This document shows, in pieces, positions 10,506 to 18,933 of a DNA stretch of 64,000 nt (the stretch's first letter is position 1; every line of letters begins with the position of its first letter). The position numbers and the translations under genes are program-made. The stretch is from Marinoscillum sp. (GTDB taxonomy: Bacteria; Bacteroidota; Bacteroidia; Cytophagales; Cyclobacteriaceae): positions 4,739,171 through 4,803,170 of the forward strand of contig NZ_CBDDJZ010000001.1 of assembly GCF_965229915.1 (NCBI RefSeq). The letters run 5' to 3'. The notes beneath the pieces were generated by a model, which saw only the letters and a list, made by a program, of their open reading frames with translations, was not told the origin of the DNA and ran no database searches.

Positions 10506-11349
10506 CGTAAAGATCATCGAAGCTATCTACACTGTGGAAAGTTACTCCTAGAGTCTCCAATAGGTTTTTGACGTCAGGTTTTGCATTGCCTACACTTACG
10601 TAGTGCATGTCTAGTGTGTCTTGTTCCAGAAAATCCCTGAAATACTTTTTGCGTTCGATAAGGAGCCAGCGAAGAAACGTCTCATGCGCTCCATATCCGA
10701 AACCCACGATGATTATGGGCAGTTCAAACCAGATATCCAGCCATGTGTCAGATACTTGTCTACGGTTTTGGTTTCGCCTGAGGTGTTGATAACGAACTTT
10801 GGATATGCTGCGGGCTCGCTCCACACTACCCATGTAATCAGTTAGCCCCAGACGAATGCTGTCCTTGTAGCGCACATCTCCGTGGATCTTCCAGATACCA
10901 AAGCCACTGGTTGGGTGGTTCAGTTTGTTCGTTGCATAATAAGATTTCCATGGATAAAACCTGGTAAAACCTTTGGTAGAGGTATGATGTAGCTGGGCGT
11001 GTATGGAATCCTCAAAAGCCGTATCAAAGTTAGTTGTCAACACAGGAGAATCAGTTTCCCTTGCGAGCTGCATCAAGGCCCGATGCGTGGATAGGTCAGA
11101 AGATTTTTTTAGTGCGAGTTGTTTAACAATCCTTGGTTTGATGGCCAGGTGATCTTTGGCAGTGAGCTCTACCAGGTCATACACTTCGGTATAGGACAAA
11201 CCTTTCAGGGCAAATGCTACATTCTTGTCACCGGCAGCTCTCAGCAGATTGGTCCATGAGGGCATGATCTGGCTGTAGAGATTTGGTCCATTTCCAATTA
11301 AGAAAGCAGCCTTTCTATACTTGCTTCTGAGTGCTGATAGGATTTTCAT
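10495..11349 (-). CDS. SIR2-like (SIR2_2/AbiH-related) domain protein
   Basis: FLIGNG, VLTTNFD, WKIHGD and IIIVGFGYG..E..LRWLL motifs in the SIR2 order; 3' end overlaps the convergent T9SS gene by 11 nt. Confidence 0.75.
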   Translation of the reverse strand: MKILSALRSKYRKAAFLIGNGPNLYSQIMPSWTNLLRAAGDKNVAFALKGLSYTEVYDLVELTAKDHLAIKPRIVKQLALKKSSDLSTHRALMQLARETDSPVLTTNFDTAFEDSIHAQLHHTSTKGFTRFYPWKSYYATNKLNHPTSGFGIWKIHGDVRYKDSIRLGLTDYMGSVERARSISKVRYQHLRRNQNRRQVSDTWLDIWFELPIIIVGFGYGAHETFLRWLLIERKKYFRDFLEQDTLDMHYVSVGNAKPDVKNLLETLGVTFHSVDSFDDLYATL

Positions 11350-11373
11350 TAAGGCTAAAATTAAGAATACCTG

Positions 11374-12015
11374 TCAGTTATCCTTTTTCAGTTGAAAGAT
11401 TATTTGTGAAGAATCATTGAGTATGGGTCTTTTAGGATAGAAGAACCTGGGAGGATTTTGAAGGGTTCTAAGGGATTTGATGAGACCCTTTGATGGATTG
11501 CTAGAGAGTATGCTGACTCCCTGTGGTCCCTGGATAAACTGGTAGTAGTTATCGGTGCTATTCATGGTAGTGACGTACCCTGATAAGTACATTACAGTCG
11601 ACAGCTTGGTATTACGAATGGTTGTTTGTTCCTCTTGGGTGGGTTGAACATTATTTTTGATCAATTCTTCTTTAAATCGCTCTTCTGATGGGATTGAGCC
11701 AATCTGTACTTCGTTCAGATAGTGAGTAGCAGGAGTTAAGTACACGATGAGCGTATCATTTTGTACTTCACTTGATGTGATTTTAGTAGTGTAATAATTG
11801 ACATGGGTGGTGATTAACGTGTCATATGAACCAAGCAGCATTTTGAATCTACCTTCCATGGTGGTGATAGTGCCTCTTTGCTTCGTGTACACATGTGCGA
11901 ACGGGATGGGTTCATGGGTTGTAGCATCCAACAGTTGCCCGATCACCGTTTTAGGATCTTGCGGGAAAGAAGTACTGCAGATGACTACCCACATGAATAG
12001 AAAATGTGCAAGCAT
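11374..12015 (-). CDS. carboxypeptidase-like regulatory domain protein
   Basis: GQLLDATTHEPIPFAHV...GTITTMEGRF...TLIVYL...LNEVQI pattern; start moved to ATG 12015, which gives a signal peptide. Confidence 0.75.
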   Translation of the reverse strand: MLAHFLFMWVVICSTSFPQDPKTVIGQLLDATTHEPIPFAHVYTKQRGTITTMEGRFKMLLGSYDTLITTHVNYYTTKITSSEVQNDTLIVYLTPATHYLNEVQIGSIPSEERFKEELIKNNVQPTQEEQTTIRNTKLSTVMYLSGYVTTMNSTDNYYQFIQGPQGVSILSSNPSKGLIKSLRTLQNPPRFFYPKRPILNDSSQIIFQLKKDN

Positions 12016-12133
12016 GATCAAACCTAGTGAAGTGGAGACTAGAACTACTGTTGATTCATTCTTTTTAACGTTTTGATGGCTCGTTTGGCATTTTTTAACC
12101 TGGTTGAGTTTCAATAAACAGAATAAAAAAGCG

Positions 12134-12694
12134 CTACACGAGCGCTTTTTCATTCACATAATGGAGTTGGAAATGGATCATCTGAACACCATTTTCATAA
12201 TCTACTCGATGGCACTGTGTCAACTCCAAACCTTCACAGCATCCGTCAAACAAATGAATTCCAGTTCCCAAAAGAATGGGGTTTTGTTTCAAGATGAGCT
12301 CGTCTATCAGGTGATTCCTCATAAGAAACCTGGCCAGTTGACCTCCACCACATAAATAGATAGGAGATCCTATTTCGTTTTTGAGATCCTGCACGGTATT
12401 TAGCAACTCATGAGTCCGCACCACTTTTACCTGCTCGTGACAATCATCAAAATGAAGTGTGTCAGAGACAATGTAATGTTTCATGTGAGGGTAAGCCGGC
12501 TGACCAGGCTTTAACCCAAATTGATAACCGTATTCATAGGTGTTTCTTCCCATGATGGTGGTGTCATAGTCCTTGAGTTGGTTGAGATAGTCAGTGACAT
12601 GCTCACCAGAGTTCAAAAAACCGTCAGTACTTCCATTAGGATGAGCTATGAAGCCGTCGAGTGAGGTGGCTACATGATATATGATTGATCGCAT
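12134..12694 (-). CDS. dihydrofolate reductase / RibD C-terminal family protein
   Basis: ATSLDGFIA, IMGRNTY, IYLCGGGQLA, LIDELIL and PILLGTGI motifs. Confidence 0.9.
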   Translation of the reverse strand: MRSIIYHVATSLDGFIAHPNGSTDGFLNSGEHVTDYLNQLKDYDTTIMGRNTYEYGYQFGLKPGQPAYPHMKHYIVSDTLHFDDCHEQVKVVRTHELLNTVQDLKNEIGSPIYLCGGGQLARFLMRNHLIDELILKQNPILLGTGIHLFDGCCEGLELTQCHRVDYENGVQMIHFQLHYVNEKALV

Positions 12695-12929
12695 TGATTC
12701 GATAGTTAAATGAAAAAATAGATAGGAGGGACAAACCCTGATTGGAGGTGTCTAATACACTCATGATTTCGAGAAGTTAGATTTAATAAATAGTAAGAAG
12801 TATCAGGATCAATAAGACCCTGCACCATTCAGTTGCCTGAAGAAAGTGAAGCTAATCTGGAGTAGAGCACTCCGTTCCGAATGTGGATTAAAGAATCATT
12901 TGGTAAATATAATAATTCTTGTTGATTGA

Positions 12930-13283
12930 TCATTTCTTCTCATTTTCAGCTATTCTAAACTTCACAATCCTCTGGATAAGCGCTTTAGGCAGAGGTTCGC
13001 TAAGTGGAAACTGAACACTGCCTTTGGCGCCTTTGTAAGCAGACAACTCCTTAGCAAATACCTGAATACCTGATGGGGCAGGATAGAAGCCAATGTGATT
13101 TTTGAAGCCACCGTAGTGTACCAGATTTTTACCCTTGAGTTTGAATGTAGGAATCCCGTAATTGATGACTTCATCGCAATCCGGTGCTACCTCCTTGATG
13201 ATCTGATGTATTTCTAGCAGTTTTTCCTGAACTGGTGGTTCAAAACCCTTGATGTATTCGTCGATCGTTTTCATGAGCTTCAT
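12930..13283 (-). CDS. DUF1801 (YdhG-like, putative iron chaperone) protein
   Basis: TIDEYI, E.INYGIPTF, FKNHIGFYP and KGSVQFPL.EPLP motifs. Confidence 0.88.
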   Translation of the reverse strand: MKLMKTIDEYIKGFEPPVQEKLLEIHQIIKEVAPDCDEVINYGIPTFKLKGKNLVHYGGFKNHIGFYPAPSGIQVFAKELSAYKGAKGSVQFPLSEPLPKALIQRIVKFRIAENEKK

Positions 13284-13384
13284 TTCATTTGATTAAATTA
13301 ATCAAAGTTATTTATCCGAAAGGTGCGATGCTGTCCGTAAAAACGACGTTCTGAAGAGGTGAATACGACAAACGACTTTCATAA

Positions 13385-13897
13385 GTGGATCTAGAGCAAG
13401 CAATCAAACTCATACAATTTAAGACCGTAAACCCAATACAGCATTGGGCTGACCTGGGATGTGGTGCGGGTACTTTTACCTATGCGCTGGCTACCTTGCT
13501 TCGACCTGGGAGTACGATTTACGCAGTAGATCGTGAGATCCACCTCATGACCAATCCATATGATGAGGTGACTATCTCATTTATTGAAATGGATTTTGTC
13601 AATAATCTACATCGATTGCCAGATCTACATGGAATACTAATGGCCAATTCTTTGCATTTCGTTGAAAGTAAAAAGTCCTTCTTGCAGTCGGTAAAAAAGA
13701 AGTTGGTACTAGGTGACCCACGTTTACTGGTAGTGGAATATGAGACGAATCAGTCAAATCCCTGGGTACCATATCCCATCAGGTTTAAAGAGCTGAAGGC
13801 ACTAATGACCGAAATAGGCGCAAAAGAGGTGCATCGTATAGGTGAAGTACCTTCCAGATACCATGGTACGATGTATGCTGCTATGGTTCGGTTTTAA
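13385..13897 (+). CDS. class I SAM-dependent methyltransferase
   Basis: WADLGCGAG motif I, YAVD, GILMANSLHF. Confidence 0.85.
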   Translation: MDLEQAIKLIQFKTVNPIQHWADLGCGAGTFTYALATLLRPGSTIYAVDREIHLMTNPYDEVTISFIEMDFVNNLHRLPDLHGILMANSLHFVESKKSFLQSVKKKLVLGDPRLLVVEYETNQSNPWVPYPIRFKELKALMTEIGAKEVHRIGEVPSRYHGTMYAAMVRF

Positions 13898-14235
13898 CTC
13901 ACCAGTTCGATCCGTATTCCTACACCGAGCATTTTTTCACCATTGACCCACAAGGCTTTGCACGAGATGTCGGTCTGATTGACTATGGCGGGCTTTACTT
14001 TTTCTGCCAGTTCAGCTTTCAAAAAACCAATCTGCCGTCTGTTTTTGGACAATACTTTGATGGCATTTTCGTCAAACTCATTTTCTGGGTCCAGTTCCAG
14101 GTACAATGGGTCATCTTCCTGCACCTCCTGAGCGATGATGTCTTGTCGCAGGGTACCATCAGCATTGGCGTGCGAAACACCTACTACTTTGGACTCGTAG
14201 ACAAATGCTGACGGTATGCGAATGATTTTAGCCAT
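13894..14235 (-). CDS. HIRAN domain protein
   Basis: VVGVSH, L.LELDPENEFDENAIKV and QIGFL motifs. Confidence 0.85.
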   Translation of the reverse strand: MAKIIRIPSAFVYESKVVGVSHANADGTLRQDIIAQEVQEDDPLYLELDPENEFDENAIKVLSKNRRQIGFLKAELAEKVKPAIVNQTDISCKALWVNGEKMLGVGIRIELVS

Positions 14236-15148
14236 TTTCGTCTTTTTTCAGCTTGAGATGAAGAGGTGAGATCTCATCTCCCCAGTAGATGGTTCTGTGT
14301 GGGAAAGGGATCTCAATGCCACTTTGATCGAATGCAATCTTCAGCCTTTTGTTAAACTCACGACCAACCACCCATTGCTGGATAGGGTAGGTTTTGATAC
14401 GTGCTTTGATGACCACCGCACTATCACCAAACTTGTCGAGCCCGAAGATCTCAATGGGTTCCAGTATTTTCTCCTCAAACTCTTCATCGGCTTGCAGCTT
14501 ACTTCCTACATCTTTGATGATTTCGATCACACGATCTACATTTTCTTTGTAGGCCACCCCAATGTCAAATACCATAGCGGACCAGTCTTTGGTCATATTA
14601 GCCAGAGTGTTGATTTTGCCGGTTTGGAAAGTGTGTACTACTCCGGACAGGTCCCGCAAAGTGACCGTTCTTAAGTTGATGCCTTCTACCAACCCGCCAG
14701 TACCGTTGATCTGTACCACATCACCTGTTCGTATGCGGTTTTCTAGCAAGAGAAAGAACCCTGATATACCATCTCGTACCAACTCCTGCGCACCAAAGCC
14801 TACCGCCAGACCGACTATACCTGCACCGGCTAGAATTGGTGCTATGTCCATACCCAATTGCTTGAGGAAAATCAGTATAAATACCGCCCATAGGGCAATG
14901 ATGATTGTTCCCCTGGTGATGTTGATTAAAGTGGTTGCTCTTTTCTCTTTCTCTACCTGGTTCTCCTCGTCGCTGTGTACTGAAGCGATGATCACTTTTC
15001 TCAATCTGCGCAAGATCACTTTCATCAACCAAAGTGCCATAAAAAAGGTCAGGATGATCAATAGTAATCCAGGTACTGTTTCTATGGCCCAGTTGGTAGC
15101 TTTACTAAACAGTGTAGCGTAGAAATCCTCGTTGAATAATTCTTTCAT
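14228..15148 (-). CDS. MscS-family mechanosensitive channel (YbiO-like)
   Basis: LAGAGIVGLAVGFGAQELVRD, GLVEGINLRTV.LRDLSG, GIEIPFP. Confidence 0.93.
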   Translation of the reverse strand: MKELFNEDFYATLFSKATNWAIETVPGLLLIILTFFMALWLMKVILRRLRKVIIASVHSDEENQVEKEKRATTLINITRGTIIIALWAVFILIFLKQLGMDIAPILAGAGIVGLAVGFGAQELVRDGISGFFLLLENRIRTGDVVQINGTGGLVEGINLRTVTLRDLSGVVHTFQTGKINTLANMTKDWSAMVFDIGVAYKENVDRVIEIIKDVGSKLQADEEFEEKILEPIEIFGLDKFGDSAVVIKARIKTYPIQQWVVGREFNKRLKIAFDQSGIEIPFPHRTIYWGDEISPLHLKLKKDENG

Positions 15149-15279
15149 AAGTACAAGTTAACTGACGATTTGATTAGTAATTATATAAAATCTTGAAAGG
15201 ATGGTTTGAAGATTCATGTGCGTACACTGGATTTAGTTTAGGTTTTTCATAAATTTAGAATGAGTTAAATCCATATTTT

Positions 15280-15699
15280 ATGAAAAAGACATTTTTTACT
15301 GGTTGTATTGTTGTGATACTATTTTTTGCCTCTAATGAGGCCTTGGCTCAACGCGAGGGACCCGAAAAGACTCGGGTGCTGCTGGTGGATGATTCCACTC
15401 AGGTGCTTTCATATCCAATGGACGTAATGGGTATCATTACGAACAAATGTTTGGGTTGTCATTCTCCCAATGCACGAGGAGATAAGTCTAAAGAGGCTTT
15501 GCAGTGGGTACTACTGCAGAATATGACCGGAGCTGATCTGGTGGCTAAGCTGGATGAGGTAGTGGAAGTGCTGGAAGAGGGAGAGATGCCCCCGGCTAAA
15601 ATGATCGAGAAGTATCCTCAGATGAAGCTTAGTGAGGCAGAAGTTGCCTTGCTGAAAGAATGGGCTGAGAGTTCACTAAATTCGGCGATGGGTGAATAA
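15280..15699 (+). CDS. secreted monoheme c-type (Haem_bd-like) protein
   Basis: Signal peptide, CLGCH heme motif, GEMPP distal Met motif. Confidence 0.8.
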   Translation: MKKTFFTGCIVVILFFASNEALAQREGPEKTRVLLVDDSTQVLSYPMDVMGIITNKCLGCHSPNARGDKSKEALQWVLLQNMTGADLVAKLDEVVEVLEEGEMPPAKMIEKYPQMKLSEAEVALLKEWAESSLNSAMGE

Positions 15700-16153
15700 G
15701 ATAGTGACAATAATCGTGGGGGTACTGGTGCTGGTTCTGATCATTCTACAAGTGATGGGGCCTTCCAGGCCGGAAGTGCTGGAGGACACTCCTGATGACC
15801 TGCTGCTCACGGAGGAGATTCCAGATCAGATTGCGTTCACACTAAAGACAGCATGCTATGACTGTCACTCCATGAAAACGAAGTATCCCTGGTATGGTTA
15901 TGTAGCTCCTATTTCCTGGTTTTTGATTGATCACATAGCCGAGGGGCGAGAAGAGCTGAACTTCTCCTACTGGCGGCAACTGACTAAACGTGAAAAATTA
16001 CGTGCGCTAAAGGACATACAGGAAGAGGTAGAGGAAGGTGAGATGCCATTAGAGTCCTATGTAGTCGTGCATTCCGAAGCAGAACTAACAGACGATCAGC
16101 GCAAGGAGTTGGTAGCCTGGGCCAAAGGACTGGCCAACGAGGTATTGAAATAA
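15692..16153 (+). CDS. heme-binding domain protein (Haem_bd)
   Basis: ACYDCHS..TKYPWY..VAP.SW...HI.EGR..LNFS and GEMPL motifs. Confidence 0.9.
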   Translation: MNKIVTIIVGVLVLVLIILQVMGPSRPEVLEDTPDDLLLTEEIPDQIAFTLKTACYDCHSMKTKYPWYGYVAPISWFLIDHIAEGREELNFSYWRQLTKREKLRALKDIQEEVEEGEMPLESYVVVHSEAELTDDQRKELVAWAKGLANEVLK

Positions 16154-16179
16154 AAAAGGAGGCGCTGACCTCCTTTTTT
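16152..16179. terminator. bidirectional intrinsic terminator
   Basis: AAAAAAGGAGG-CGCTGA-CCTCCTTTTTT between convergent genes. Confidence 0.85.
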
Positions 16180-16180
16180 A

Positions 16181-16783
16181 TTAATTCTCTTCCGGATCGT
16201 AATTGGGTGTGATCATGATGTGCGCTCGATGTGTACCCGGATCCATGATCCAAGGTGCTCCGGGCACTGGTGGTGCTTTGGGCAAACCGGTCGATTCGGG
16301 AGTGGCATATGGGATATAAACCACAAACCTGAGTTTTGTGTTGATCGGTTCATTAGTAGCATCCAGATCCCCTGAGAGCACATACAGCGTCGCCTTATCG
16401 GGCATTGGTAGTGTGCCATCACTTACTTCCTTTTCTCTTTGATCGAAAACTTCCTTAAATCCTAATCCAGCAGCTTTTAGCTCTCTGCCACGTTTCATGA
16501 ATGGCTCCAGAGATTGGTGATATGCCGCTACACTAAAGCTTCCTTTGGTTGGGTCATCTGCCAGGCAAATCATGTCATTGGTGCCCTCTCGTAACACAGT
16601 GAGGTCGCCATTGGTGTCATACCCCAGGACTTTTGCACCATCTCGCAGGTCTTCTGCTAATGGTAATACGGCTGTTCTGATTTGCCATTCTGCACTTGGA
16701 ATCTGAGCAGTAAGGTTGTTACTCAAACCAACAGCAATTAGTAGTGTAAGGATAATTCTCATAACGTTTTGGGCTTTTATCAA
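16181..16783 (-). CDS. secreted hypothetical protein
   Basis: 200-aa ORF with signal peptide; contains MICLAD and PWIMDPGTHRAHIMI; no family recognised. Confidence 0.75.
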   Translation of the reverse strand: MIKAQNVMRIILTLLIAVGLSNNLTAQIPSAEWQIRTAVLPLAEDLRDGAKVLGYDTNGDLTVLREGTNDMICLADDPTKGSFSVAAYHQSLEPFMKRGRELKAAGLGFKEVFDQREKEVSDGTLPMPDKATLYVLSGDLDATNEPINTKLRFVVYIPYATPESTGLPKAPPVPGAPWIMDPGTHRAHIMITPNYDPEEN

Positions 16784-16825
16784 TACTTAAATGTACTAAA
16801 TGCCAGAAGGAATACAGGTACGAGC

Positions 16826-17125
16826 CTATTTTTTGCGAAAGCTTACGATAGCAAAGGCAATCCAAAATGCATAAAATAGTTTGTTTAAAAGTGTAAGGAA
16901 TAGGTAAATAATCTTGCCAGAGTTACTGGTAGGTATCAGGATGCTATCACCAATTACTATGGTCCATGAACAAGTCATCAAACTATCCCAGAAGTTTGTG
17001 AGAAACACCTGAGTACTCATTGATTCAGCCATTGAAAGTGCAATGGCTGAAATGAGTATTAATAGCACCCACAGCAGTACCGCGTTCAACCAGAGTGGGA
17101 GGTTTTTGTTGGCTATGATCATCAA
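16826..17125 (-). CDS. small 2-TM ion-channel-like protein (Ion_trans_2 fold, degenerate filter)
   Basis: TM helix, pore-like segment FWDSLMTCSWTIVIGDSILIPTSNSGKI, second TM helix; aligns by eye with the FWDA.WW...TVGYGD..P....GR pattern. Confidence 0.55.
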   Translation of the reverse strand: MMIIANKNLPLWLNAVLLWVLLILISAIALSMAESMSTQVFLTNFWDSLMTCSWTIVIGDSILIPTSNSGKIIYLFLTLLNKLFYAFWIAFAIVSFRKK

Positions 17126-17146
17126 TTAAAGATAGCGCATTTTATC

Positions 17147-18175
17147 TTATTTAAGTCCAAACAGTAACCTCACGTATTTGATCCTTCTGATGAGTTCATA
17201 GCTCAAAAAACAGCCTGCAAATGTGATTAATGTGAGCAGTACCAGTTGGAGCTCTGGCGCAATGGTAGTTTTGAACAACACCACTGACCCAAGACACAAA
17301 AAGATCATATGCAGGATGTAAATAGGGTAGGCTCCTTTACTCAAATAGTCAAGGACCTTTCCGGGCTTATCCAGGTAAAGTCGACCAAAAGAAAGTATGG
17401 AGAAGATCCATAGATTCGATTCGAGAGACATGAGTGGTCCTGGAGACTTGAGCTGGTAAGTAGTCAGTCTGAATACATACAGGCTAATCGCACCAATCAG
17501 AAAGAGGAATCTCCATTTGGTGAGCCTTTTCCAGAAAGGTTCGCCTGCCACAATGAAGAAATACCCAAATAGGAATGCTACCATACCAATGAAGAAGCCA
17601 TGCCAGGTCTGGGCGTATAGTTCAAATATGGCTGGTTTTACCAGCAGGACTTCTCCGATCATAGCCAGGATGGTAACCAATAGACCCCATTCTGAGCTGA
17701 AAACCTTTTTTAATCCTTTTGAAAATTGGTTGTCCTGTGTCGACCAATACATAATCGGCCAAAGCAAGAGCACATAGGCGAAGATGTTGCCAAGAAACCA
17801 TAGATGCCCTGCATGAGGTACATAGCTAAGTGGCAAGTCATAGTAGTATTGGAAAAAGTACAGGTGGATAGGGACAATTGCGATCATGCCAAATAGAAAC
17901 GGCAATAGTATTCGTTTACCTCGTTCCAGCAGTAGTGCTTTGATCGTACGTTTTCTCAGTGCAAAGGCTACTCCCATACCAGACACGAAAAACAGGAATG
18001 GTATTCTCCAGATATTTAGTAGCGTCATGGCAGGCCAGATTCCCTGGAGGGGTTCATCACTCTGGATGAACCCGATCATCATACCCCATGGCTGAAAAGC
18101 AATTCCTATGTGGTATATCAGCAACAATCCGATTGCAATTACACGGAGCCAGTCTATGTCATATCTTCTTTCCAT
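17147..18175 (-). CDS. acyltransferase 3 family protein (OpgC/MdoC-like)
   Basis: RRYDIDWLR, WRIPFLFFVSG, GHLWFL and YPIYILH; multi-TM. Confidence 0.88.
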   Translation of the reverse strand: MERRYDIDWLRVIAIGLLLIYHIGIAFQPWGMMIGFIQSDEPLQGIWPAMTLLNIWRIPFLFFVSGMGVAFALRKRTIKALLLERGKRILLPFLFGMIAIVPIHLYFFQYYYDLPLSYVPHAGHLWFLGNIFAYVLLLWPIMYWSTQDNQFSKGLKKVFSSEWGLLVTILAMIGEVLLVKPAIFELYAQTWHGFFIGMVAFLFGYFFIVAGEPFWKRLTKWRFLFLIGAISLYVFRLTTYQLKSPGPLMSLESNLWIFSILSFGRLYLDKPGKVLDYLSKGAYPIYILHMIFLCLGSVVLFKTTIAPELQLVLLTLITFAGCFLSYELIRRIKYVRLLFGLK

Positions 18176-18179
18176 GATC

Positions 18180-18749
18180 TTACTGTAGTAAAGCGGCTAC
18201 TTCAGGTCTCTTAGCTTCTATTTGTGCCAGATCCATTGAGAATCCCATAGGGCTGAGTTGTTTTTCCATCATCACATAGATGCCTTTCACATCTTCAAAC
18301 GGACCTTGTATTGAGGCCAAAGGAGTCGCTCCATATTTATTGGTGATGGTCTTGTCAGCTCCATTGGCCAGCAGCAACTGGACGATCTCCTTTTCACAGA
18401 AGAAAGCAGCAGTGTGGAGAGCGGTTGATCCTTCATTATTTTTGAAGTTGACCTGCACACCTGCGTCCAGAAGAGCTTTGACGATATCTTCATTTCCAAA
18501 TAATGAGGCTGTGATTAGCGGACTCGAACCACCAAATGGATCGGGTTCGTTAAGGTTAGAACCAGCGGCTATGTGCTGTTTTACTACTTCGAGATTTCCA
18601 GCTATTACCGCACCATGAATGTCTTGCTGTGGTTTCTGTGATTCGCTGGAGTTACTGGCACTCGGCTGACTGTTACAGCTGGTAAGAGTCCAGGTGAGAG
18701 TGGCTAATAGTACTGTTAATACACTGTTTTTAAATAATTGAGTTTTCAT
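18180..18749 (-). CDS. ankyrin-repeat lipoprotein
   Basis: Lipobox LTSC; ankyrin repeats GSSPLITA, GSTALHTA and GATPL; start placed at MKTQLF. Confidence 0.88.
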   Translation of the reverse strand: MKTQLFKNSVLTVLLATLTWTLTSCNSQPSASNSSESQKPQQDIHGAVIAGNLEVVKQHIAAGSNLNEPDPFGGSSPLITASLFGNEDIVKALLDAGVQVNFKNNEGSTALHTAAFFCEKEIVQLLLANGADKTITNKYGATPLASIQGPFEDVKGIYVMMEKQLSPMGFSMDLAQIEAKRPEVAALLQ

Positions 18750-18933
18750 CAGTTTTAAAATTTTGGTTTTACTTTGTTTTAGTTGATACAAAGTTGAAAA
18801 ACCCTGTTTAGGTGCAGTTAACAGCTATGCGGCGAAAAGCATCAAGTTTCAATCAGCATTATCAATTATGACTAATGAGTATAAATTATGACGCAAAAGC
18901 GTACATTTGATCAGAATTGAGCCTGAAGTTTAC

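Noticed and set aside
12695-12929. Intergenic stretch with a GGAGT-AGAGC-ACTCC hairpin
   Set aside because: Only a 5-bp stem, with no ORF, terminator or repeat; not distinguishable from chance.
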